Source of the DNA: Rhodanobacteraceae bacterium
GTDB taxonomy: Bacteria; Pseudomonadota; Gammaproteobacteria; Xanthomonadales; Rhodanobacteraceae
Direction of reading: 5' to 3'
Length of the DNA: 32,006 nucleotides
Assembly (NCBI GenBank): GCA_050737935.1
Contig: JBOHYO010000248.1
Span: 1 to 32,006, forward strand
Made by a program: the position numbers and the translations under genes. How positions within the stretch are numbered: the first letter of the stretch is position 1; every line of letters begins with the position of its first letter. Below are positions 8,845 through 15,488 of this stretch, one piece after another. The notes below the pieces were generated by a model, which was given only the letters and a program-made list of their open reading frames with translations, was not told the DNA's origin and ran no database searches.

Positions 8845-9648
8845 ATGCCGGACTACACGCTCCACCAGGGCATGGCGCCGCTGCTGGTGAGCCTGCCGCA
8901 CGACGGCACGGCGCTGCCCAAGGCCGTCGCCGCGCGGATGACCGAAGCGGGCCGCAGGGTGGCGGACACCGACTGGCACGTCGGCCAGCTGTACGCGTTC
9001 GCACGCGAACTCGGCGCCTCGGTGATCGTGCCGCGCTGGTCACGCTACGTGGCCGACCTGAACCGCGATCCGGAAGGCCACGCGTTGTATCCGGGGCGCG
9101 CCGAAACTGCGCTGGTCCCGGCCATGACCTTCGCGGGCGAACCGATTTATGCGCCCGGTGACGAGCCGGGTGAAAAGGAGATCGCGCTGCGCAAGGAGAT
9201 GTACTGGCAGCCCTACCACGAAGCGCTGGTGGGCGAACTGGCCCGGATGCGTGGACAGCACCCCCGGGTGGTGCTGTGGGACGGACATTCCATCAAGGGC
9301 CGGGTGCCGATGTTCTTCGATGGCCAGTTGCCCGACTTCAATCTTGGAACCGCCAATGGCGCGAGTTGTTCACCGGAACTGCAGGCGCGCTTGACCGATG
9401 TGTTGAGCGCGCGCGCAGATGGCGGCGAGGGCCATTACAGCCACGTCGTGAACGGGCGCTTCAAGGGCGGCTACATTACCCGCCAGTACGGCCAGCCGGA
9501 AGCCGGCATCGAGGCGGTGCAACTGGAGCTCGCCGAGCACACCTACATGGACGAGGACAGCTTCGAATACCAGCCCGAGCGCGCCGCGCCGGTCCGGGAC
9601 GTCATCCGCGCGTTGTTGCGCACCTGCTTGGATTACGCCGCGGGCTGA
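8845..9648 (+). CDS. hutG: N-formylglutamate amidohydrolase / deformylase (FGase family)
   Basis: Track ORF 8752..9648 trimmed to ATG 8845 (MPDYTLHQG...), giving 267 aa, the length typical of HutG. FGase-family motifs are present: LLVSLPHDGTALP, YVADLNRDP, DGHS, GRFKGGYITR. No other hut genes are adjacent. Confidence 0.85.
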   Translation: MPDYTLHQGMAPLLVSLPHDGTALPKAVAARMTEAGRRVADTDWHVGQLYAFARELGASVIVPRWSRYVADLNRDPEGHALYPGRAETALVPAMTFAGEPIYAPGDEPGEKEIALRKEMYWQPYHEALVGELARMRGQHPRVVLWDGHSIKGRVPMFFDGQLPDFNLGTANGASCSPELQARLTDVLSARADGGEGHYSHVVNGRFKGGYITRQYGQPEAGIEAVQLELAEHTYMDEDSFEYQPERAAPVRDVIRALLRTCLDYAAG

Positions 9649-10067
9649 TCCATTCGCGACGTGGCATGCCGCGTGGGTGGGGCAGCGAAGCCGAGCAGGC
9701 CGGACAGCAGCAGCGTCAACCCGCCCAGCACCACGAATACGCTCCAGAACGATTCGCGCATGTACGCGAGCGAAAGGACGCCCGTCAACAAGTAGAAAAT
9801 GCCGACGAGGCTGGCCGCGAAGAGCGCGCCGCGTTCGCCGCGCACGGCTTTCCACCCGGCCCGGATCACCAGCATGCCGAAGACGAGCATGCATCCGCCA
9901 CAGAAGTACCACACGAGGTAGATCAACTTGTCGGTATGCGCATCGATCGGCAGCGACGCGAGGCCGGCGTCGAGCGCCCTCCGGCCCATGAAACTGTGAC
10001 CGAAGGCCCCGAGGCCAATCAGCAGCCCGGTCAAGCTCAGCAATGCGGAGACAAGCTTGCGAAGCAT
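9633..10067 (-). CDS. Hypothetical small integral membrane protein (about four predicted TM helices)
   Basis: 144-aa ORF made of hydrophobic helices: LVSALLSLTGLLIGLGAF, LIYLVWYFCGGCMLVFGMLVI, ALFAASLVGIFYLLTGVLSLA, VFVVLGGLTLLLSGLLGF. It lies 53 nt downstream of the SRPBCC gene on the same strand. Its 3' end overlaps the hutG 3' end by 16 nt (convergent). Confidence 0.6.
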   Translation of the reverse strand: MLRKLVSALLSLTGLLIGLGAFGHSFMGRRALDAGLASLPIDAHTDKLIYLVWYFCGGCMLVFGMLVIRAGWKAVRGERGALFAASLVGIFYLLTGVLSLAYMRESFWSVFVVLGGLTLLLSGLLGFAAPPTRHATSRMDQPAA

Positions 10068-10120
10068 GGATGCTCTCCTTCAGAGGGCGCAGCCAAACGC
10101 ATTCCTTCCCGCGACGACGC

Positions 10121-10597
10121 TCAGCCGGCCTCGGCCATATTGGCCAAGGCGGCCAGCAGCTTGGGCCAGCCGGTTTCGACGCTGTCGCGGATCCTGGGGC
10201 CCGCTTCACCGTGGCGCTCGAAGCGGCGGTGTTCGAATTCCACGCGCGTGCGCGCGGGCCCCTCCTCGATGAAGCGCGCTTCGTATTCGCTGGCGTGCGA
10301 CGGATCAGGGTCGAACCGCCAGTCGCCTCCGATCTGCCACGCGACCACCAGCCGCGACGGCGGCTCCCACACCAGCACCCGGCCCCAGTCGCATTCAGCG
10401 CCATGGATGCCGCGCTCGAACACCCGGCCGCCTTCGCGCGGTTCCATCACCACTTCCTTCAGCGGTTCCTTGCCGATGAAGTGGTCGCGGAACCACCACG
10501 TGTCGATGCCGCGCGTGAAGACCTCGAAGACGTGATCGCGGGGCGCTTCCACGGTGACCGTGTGGCGTACGGACGGGATTGCGACGAGGACGTTCAT
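10121..10597 (-). CDS. SRPBCC-superfamily protein (Aha1/AHSA1-like, activator of Hsp90 ATPase homolog domain)
   Basis: 158 aa. The pattern ...VTVEAPRDHVFEVFT..W....., ...ECDWGRVLVWEPPSRLVVAW....W..D and ...TRVEFEHRRFERHG is typical of the AHSA1/SRPBCC proteins that pair with ArsR regulators. Its ATG overlaps the arsR stop (ATGA). Confidence 0.8.
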   Translation of the reverse strand: MNVLVAIPSVRHTVTVEAPRDHVFEVFTRGIDTWWFRDHFIGKEPLKEVVMEPREGGRVFERGIHGAECDWGRVLVWEPPSRLVVAWQIGGDWRFDPDPSHASEYEARFIEEGPARTRVEFEHRRFERHGEAGPRIRDSVETGWPKLLAALANMAEAG

Positions 10598-10917
10598 CGG
10601 GATTTCTCCTTCAGGGATTTTTCCGCGGCTTGCTTGAACGACTGCAGGGACTGTTGCCAGAACCGGTCAAAGTAATCGCGCAGGCCGGCCACGCCGTCTG
10701 CGTCGATCCGGTAAATCTGGCGATTGGCAGCGCGCTGGCTGGTCACGAGACCAACATCCTTGAGCACCTTGAGGTGCTGGGACACGGCCGAGCGGGTGAC
10801 CGGCAATCCGTGCGCGATTTCGCCGACCGCGAGAGGGCCGCGCTCCAGACGCTCGAAGATCGCCATCCGGGTGGGATCACCCAGCGCCTGCACCCGTATT
10901 TTAAGGTTAGTCTTCAC
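10594..10917 (-). CDS. ArsR/SmtB-family winged-helix transcriptional regulator
   Basis: 107 aa. The sequence ALGDPTRMAIFERLERGPLAVGEIAHGLPVTRSAVSQHLKVLKDVGLVTSQRAANRQIYRI is the canonical ArsR HTH core. No metal-binding CxC motif is seen. The start is GTG at 10917 and no better upstream or nearby ATG preserves helix 1. Confidence 0.85.
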   Translation of the reverse strand: MKTNLKIRVQALGDPTRMAIFERLERGPLAVGEIAHGLPVTRSAVSQHLKVLKDVGLVTSQRAANRQIYRIDADGVAGLRDYFDRFWQQSLQSFKQAAEKSLKEKSR

Positions 10918-10953
10918 TAACCGTTAGTGTAGACTAACGTTCTAATTCGTCAA
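10906..10953 (-). promoter_or_regulatory. Candidate arsR promoter (-35 TTGACG, 16-nt spacer, -10 TACACT) with two tandem palindromic operators GTTAGT-N4-ACTAAC
   Basis: The minus strand reads TTGACG-AATTAGAACGTTAGTC-TACACT-AACGGTTA-GTG. The 16-mers at 10923-10938 and 10906-10921 are each 6-4-6 palindromes, and together they form a 15/16 inverted repeat. One overlaps the -10 and the other overlaps the GTG start. Confidence 0.45.
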
Positions 10954-11185
10954 GCATCCGCGATGCCTGCCGGCACCGCGAATCGGACCAGGGTTTTCCG
11001 CCCGCTCGCGGCGGCCAGGCCAATGGACGTGATTCCAAGGATGGGCATTTGGATTCGGCCTGCTCGTCCGTGCCAGTTCCAATCCAATGATGGGGCGAGG
11101 TGCCCGTGCCGATCCGGCCAAATTGGGCGCTGATCGGGAAAATCTTCGGGTCGGTGCCGGATCGCCTGCGGCGGCAGCCGCGTTG

Positions 11186-11614
11186 CTATTCCGGGCGCAC
11201 GCGCGCCACGCTCTTCAACTCGATCGCGATCGGCGTCGGCAGCGCGTGGATCCCGACCGTGGTGCGGCAGGGCGCCGCCGCCGGGTCGGGAAAATGTTCC
11301 GCCCATATGGCGTTGTAGCCCTTGAAATCGCGCGCCATGTCGGTGAGGAACACGGTGACGTCCACCAGGTCTTCCCAGCGCGCGCCCGAGGCCGCCAGCA
11401 CCGCGCGCACGTTCGCGAACACTTGCCGGGTCTGCGCCGCAATGTCGTGGTCGACCAATGTGCCGCTCGGATTGAAGACGTTGCCGGGGATCGCGTCGCT
11501 GCCGGGCGCGCGGGGACCGATGCCGGAAAGGAAAAGCAGGTTACCCACCCGCCGCGCGTGCGGATAGGCGCCGACCGGCGCTGGCGCGGATGCCGTATGG
11601 ATCGTATCGCTCAT
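11186..11614 (-). CDS. RidA/YjgF/UK114-family reactive-intermediate (enamine/imine) deaminase-like protein
   Basis: Track ORF 11186..11671 trimmed to ATG 11614 (MSDTIHTASAPAPVGAYPHARRVGNLLFLSG...), which overlaps the upstream stop (ATGA). 142 aa with typical family features: APxPxGxYs, ...DVTVFLTDM..F...N..., R..VGV..LP....IE. Confidence 0.85.
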   Translation of the reverse strand: MSDTIHTASAPAPVGAYPHARRVGNLLFLSGIGPRAPGSDAIPGNVFNPSGTLVDHDIAAQTRQVFANVRAVLAASGARWEDLVDVTVFLTDMARDFKGYNAIWAEHFPDPAAAPCRTTVGIHALPTPIAIELKSVARVRPE

Positions 11615-13083
11615 GGTTTTGCCGGGGCGTTTCGGCAAGCCGCACCGGGAGTGTTCCCGGCCGCGACGCAAGGCGCCCGTGCTGGACCCGCTGAAAGCGC
11701 GCTGGCGGCGGAAGCGCCGGCCGGTGGTTTTCCCACCTCGACCGTGGTACCGCCGATCCTCTGGCCCCCGTCGTCGCTGATGGTGAGACGGTAGCGATGG
11801 CCGGGCCGCAGGTAAAGCTGGCCGATGGGCGTGCTGTAATTGCCGCTGGTGACCTTGATGTCGTCGATGGTCATCAGCGAAACGGGGTCCAGCACCATGC
11901 GATCGGCCGGAATCGCATCATCGCCTTCGTCGGCGTAACGCGCGGCCACCATGCACGGCCAATCGTTGTGGCAGACCGCGCCATTCACCGCGTAGGGCAC
12001 CCGCGCACCCCACAGTTCCAGCCAGGTCGGCCGTCCGTGCACGAAACGCTCTTCGGGGAAGATCACGCTTGCGTCGTAGCCGGGGCGAAGCGACCAGGAC
12101 TGGGCGCGCTTGTCGATGAAAACGATCGGCTGCGCGGGGTGCAGCGCCTGGATGATCGGGCCGTAGTCCGGGTGATCCATCGCGTTGTCCTGGTGCGGGA
12201 TCATGATGGTCTGTTCGACCGAGAGCGGTGTGATGCCGCTGGCGTCCATGAAGTGCTCGGCCATTGATTGCGCGCCGAGGAACCGTCCCTCCTTCTGGAT
12301 GTGCGCATAACCGGCATTGACGACGATCCTCGCGTCCGGATCGTCCTGCAGGATCTTCCAGAGGTTTTCCGCCTGCTGCGCCTCGCGCGCATCGCCGGTG
12401 TGGTCGGCATCGGCTTCGTAGGCGACCACCTTGTAGCCGAGCTTCAGCGCGGTGCGCACCATTTCCGCGTAGATCGGTTCGCGGGTGTAGAACCCGCTGG
12501 ACGCAATCGGATAACCGCGCTGGTTGAGCGCCTCGATGTCGGCGTGGTAGAGCGTTTCCACCGCGAACACGTTGAAGCCTTCCTTGCGGAGTGGCTTCAG
12601 CAGGCGCACGGTGAGGGTGCGGGTCATCGCGATGTTGTGGGCCTCGTTGAGGAACACCACGCGGTATTTCCTCGCCAGTTGCGGAAGGTATTCCAGCGCC
12701 GGCACCTGGTGCCAGCCAGGCCGCGCCAGCGGCGATGGACGGTCGTCGCGCTGGGGCTTCTGCTGGATCGAGAATGCGAGCTCGGCATCCTTGTAGTCGC
12801 CGATGAAGCTCTGGTACCAGGACAGGTATTGGCCAAAGATCGCGCGGAACGCCGGTCTTCCGTCGGACGCGTAGGCACTGCGAAGCACCTGGTATTGCGC
12901 GAGCGGGTCCTTGTGGCTGCGCGCGCGCTTCATGATGGCGTCCGCCCTGTCCATGGCTTCGAGCTGCTGCTCGTGCCACACCGAAGGCAGTTGCGCGGAC
13001 GCCGCCGGCACGATCCAGGTGACCAGCATGATCGCGAGACAAATCGTGCGGGGGCGGATCATGGCGTGCACGCGCGGCGTCAT
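11611..13083 (-). CDS. Secreted protein of unknown function, N-terminal region ChaN / erythromycin-esterase / Tiki-superfamily-like (tentative), C-terminal beta-rich domain
   Basis: 490-aa ORF with a signal peptide (ICLAIMLVTWIVPAASA/QL). The motifs YRVVFLNEAHNIAMTRTLTVRLLKPLRKEGFNVFAVETL and REAQQAENLWKILQDDPDARIVVNAGYAHIQK resemble the GExH...E and R..MA...G.gH pattern of PF04187-type proteins. That family call rests on my recollection of the motifs only. Coding status is supported by length, non-Arg-rich composition and coupling to ridA. Confidence 0.7.
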   Translation of the reverse strand: MTPRVHAMIRPRTICLAIMLVTWIVPAASAQLPSVWHEQQLEAMDRADAIMKRARSHKDPLAQYQVLRSAYASDGRPAFRAIFGQYLSWYQSFIGDYKDAELAFSIQQKPQRDDRPSPLARPGWHQVPALEYLPQLARKYRVVFLNEAHNIAMTRTLTVRLLKPLRKEGFNVFAVETLYHADIEALNQRGYPIASSGFYTREPIYAEMVRTALKLGYKVVAYEADADHTGDAREAQQAENLWKILQDDPDARIVVNAGYAHIQKEGRFLGAQSMAEHFMDASGITPLSVEQTIMIPHQDNAMDHPDYGPIIQALHPAQPIVFIDKRAQSWSLRPGYDASVIFPEERFVHGRPTWLELWGARVPYAVNGAVCHNDWPCMVAARYADEGDDAIPADRMVLDPVSLMTIDDIKVTSGNYSTPIGQLYLRPGHRYRLTISDDGGQRIGGTTVEVGKPPAGASAASALSAGPARAPCVAAGNTPGAACRNAPAKP

Positions 13084-13142
13084 TTCGATCTCCCGAGGCT
13101 ACGGCCGACGCAACCTCCAAGCTTCGAGCCGCAGCGTACCAT

Positions 13143-13796
13143 TCATGTCGCCGCTGCGCCTGGATGCGCCAACGCTTGTTCGTACATGCCGTCCAGCGTG
13201 TCGAACCGTGCCACGTCGATCCCGAGATCGTGGATGCGTCCATCCGACAGGCCATAGCACCAGCCGTGCACCGTAAGTTGCTGGCCACGGTCCCATGCGT
13301 CGCGCACGATGGTGGTGTGGCAGGCGTTGGCGACCTGCTCGATCACGTTGAGCTCGCACAGCCGGTCGTGGCGCCGGGCGGGTGGCTCGGCATCGATCAG
13401 CGCCTGATGGCGCTCCAGCGTATCGCCGATGTAGCGCAGCCAGTTGTCGATCAAGCCGAGCCGGTCGCCCTTGAGCGCCGCGGCCACGCCGCCGCAGCCG
13501 TAGTGGCCGGTGATCATGATGTGCTCCACCTTCAGCACGTCCACCGCGAATTGCATCACCGACAGGCAGTTCATGTCCGAGTGCAGCACCAGATTGGAAA
13601 TGTTCCGGTGCACGAATACTTCGCCCGGGTCGATCCCGAGGATCTGGTTGGCCGGCACCCGTGAATCCGAACAGCCAATCCACAGGTACTTCGGCGTCTG
13701 CTGTTTGGACAGCCTGGTGAAGAACCCCGGATCCTGGGCGCGGATCGCCTCCGACCAGCGGCGGTTGTTTTCAAGCAGTTCTTGCGGTGAGGGCAT
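13143..13796 (-). CDS. can: Beta-class carbonic anhydrase
   Basis: Track ORF 13143..13925 trimmed to ATG 13796 (MPSPQELLENNRRWSE...), giving 217 aa. The zinc-ligand motifs CSDSRV and GHYGCGGV are present, with good collinearity to E. coli Can-type enzymes. Confidence 0.9.
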   Translation of the reverse strand: MPSPQELLENNRRWSEAIRAQDPGFFTRLSKQQTPKYLWIGCSDSRVPANQILGIDPGEVFVHRNISNLVLHSDMNCLSVMQFAVDVLKVEHIMITGHYGCGGVAAALKGDRLGLIDNWLRYIGDTLERHQALIDAEPPARRHDRLCELNVIEQVANACHTTIVRDAWDRGQQLTVHGWCYGLSDGRIHDLGIDVARFDTLDGMYEQALAHPGAAAT

Positions 13797-13935
13797 GGTA
13801 GGGTCCGGCAAGTCGGCGGCTGCGCCGCCTGCAAAGAGGGAATGGTAAAGGGAAAAGCGTACAGGCGAGGCTGTGGATTTCCCCTTGACTCTTTGCAGCG
13901 CCGCAGGCGCGACTTCCGCGAGCATCGCGAGCGAC

Positions 13936-15384
13936 TTACCGCGCGATGCAGACGTTCTTTGGCTCGGTGAAAAAACGCAATGCGTCCACGCCGCCTTCGC
14001 GACCCATGCCGGAATGCTTGACGCCGCCGAACGGCGTGCGCAGGTCGCGCAGCATCCAGCAATTCACCCACACGATCCCGAACTCGATGCGCTCGGCCAC
14101 CCGGTGCGCCCGCGCGAGATCGCGCGTCCAAACCGATGCGGCCAGGCCGTAGTCCGTGCCGTTGGCGATCGCGACCGCTTCGTCCTCGGAATCGAACGGA
14201 ATAAGCGTCACCACGGGCCCGAAGATTTCCTCGCGGTTGGTCGCGCAATCCTGCGGCAGTCCTTCGATCACGGTCGGCGCCACGAACCAGCCGCCCGCGC
14301 AGCGCCCCGGCACGTTCACCGGTTCGCCGCCAGTGAGCACTTTGCCACCTTCGTCACGGGCGCGCGCGATGCATGACATCACTTTTTCGAAATGTGGCTT
14401 CGAAACCAACGCGCCGAGATCGGTGGAATCATCGCTCGGATCGCCGACCCGCAGCGCCTTCACCTTGTCGAGATATCGCTGCTTGAACTCCTCGTAGATC
14501 GAACGTTCGACCAGCAGCCGCGAACCGCAAAGACAGATTTCACCCTGGTTGGAGAACCCCGAGCGCACGATGGTGTCGAGATTCGCGTCGTCCAGATCAG
14601 CATCGGCGAAGACGACGGCCGGGTTCTTGCCGCCCATCTCCAGTGACACTTTCTTGAACGTTTTCGCGCATTCCGCGGCGATGGTCGCCCCGGTACGCGT
14701 GGAGCCGGTGAACGACACGGCCTTGACCTTCGGATGCTCGACGATGGCTTGGCCAACTTTCGGGCCAGAGCCGTGCACGATGTTCAGCACCCCCGCCGGC
14801 AGGCCACACTCGATCGCAAGCTCCGAAAGCCGGAATGCGGTGAGCGGCGTGATCTCGGAGGGCTTGGCGACCACGGTGTTGCCCGCAGCCAATGCCGGCG
14901 CGATCTTCCAGGTAAACAGATACAGCGGCAGGTTCCACGGTGAGATGCAGCCGACCACGCCGAGCGGCTGCCGCAGCGTGATATTGATCGCGTGGGCATC
15001 CACGTGTGATTCGCCCGACCATTGGGTGATGGCCTCGGCGAAAAAGCGCAGGTTGGCGACCGCGCGCGGAATGTCCACGCGGCGCGCAAGCGCAACCGGC
15101 TTGCCCGAGTCGCGCGACTCCTCGCGGGCAAGATCATCGAGCCGTGCTTCGACCGCGTCGGCCAGCCGCTGCAGATGCTGCGCACGTTCGGCTGCCGGCA
15201 GGGCGGCCCACCCCGGCGCCGCGCGTTCGGCTGCCGCCACCGCGGCTTCCACGTCGCGTGCGTCCGAATCCGGGCAGCGCGCATAGACCTCGCCTGTTGC
15301 AGGTTCGAACACGTCCAGATACGTGCCGCTTGCGGCTGCCTCAAGCTTGCCATCGATCAGGTTGGAAAGAGCGATGTTACTCAT
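13936..15384 (-). CDS. NAD(P)+-dependent aldehyde dehydrogenase, 2-hydroxymuconic/2-aminomuconic semialdehyde dehydrogenase-like (XylG/DmpC/ALDH8 clade)
   Basis: 482 aa. ALDH motifs are present: ISPWNLPL, FTGSTRTG, VSLEMGGKNP (catalytic Glu) and GEICLCGSR (catalytic Cys). DIPRAVANLRFFA resembles the XylG/ALDH8A1 subgroup signature. Confidence 0.9.
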   Translation of the reverse strand: MSNIALSNLIDGKLEAAASGTYLDVFEPATGEVYARCPDSDARDVEAAVAAAERAAPGWAALPAAERAQHLQRLADAVEARLDDLAREESRDSGKPVALARRVDIPRAVANLRFFAEAITQWSGESHVDAHAINITLRQPLGVVGCISPWNLPLYLFTWKIAPALAAGNTVVAKPSEITPLTAFRLSELAIECGLPAGVLNIVHGSGPKVGQAIVEHPKVKAVSFTGSTRTGATIAAECAKTFKKVSLEMGGKNPAVVFADADLDDANLDTIVRSGFSNQGEICLCGSRLLVERSIYEEFKQRYLDKVKALRVGDPSDDSTDLGALVSKPHFEKVMSCIARARDEGGKVLTGGEPVNVPGRCAGGWFVAPTVIEGLPQDCATNREEIFGPVVTLIPFDSEDEAVAIANGTDYGLAASVWTRDLARAHRVAERIEFGIVWVNCWMLRDLRTPFGGVKHSGMGREGGVDALRFFTEPKNVCIAR

Positions 15385-15422
15385 GGACGCGTGGCAATGC
15401 TGGGTTCCCGCAGTTTAGCCTG

Positions 15423-15485
15423 CCCGAGTCCCGAGTCCCGAGTCCCGAGCCCCGAGTCCCGAGTCCCGAGTCCCGAGTCCCGGGT
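15423..15485. repeat. Tandem heptanucleotide repeat (CCCGAGT)x9 (7 perfect, 2 single-mismatch units), equal to (ACTCGGG)n on the minus strand
   Basis: Read directly: cccgagt x3, cccgagc, cccgagt x4, cccgggt. The repeat lies between the SDR stop (15489-15491) and the ALDH start (15384). Confidence 0.95.
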
Positions 15486-15488
15486 TCG

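Noticed and set aside
9633-9648. 16-nt overlap of the convergent 3' ends of hutG and the 4-TM membrane protein gene
   Set aside because: Both stops are unambiguous, so the overlap is real, but short convergent overlaps are common in compact genomes. No additional structure or motif is associated with it.
10950-11185. Possible small gene in the 268-nt lower-GC spacer between ridA and arsR (118-aa ORF 10950..11306 -, or a 32-codon ORF MPILGITSIGLAAASGRKTLVRFAVPAGIADA)
   Set aside because: The long ORF overlaps ridA out of frame and is Arg/Pro-rich. The short one has no SD and no recognisable features. The region is better explained as the ridA 3' region plus the arsR promoter/operator.
15423-15485. 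Could the heptamer array or the GGGGTCAG palindromes (8705-8817, 27412-27486) be a CRISPR array?
   Set aside because: The heptamer units are contiguous with no spacers. The palindromic repeats occur as inverted pairs, not as evenly spaced direct repeats with unique spacers. No cas genes are present.
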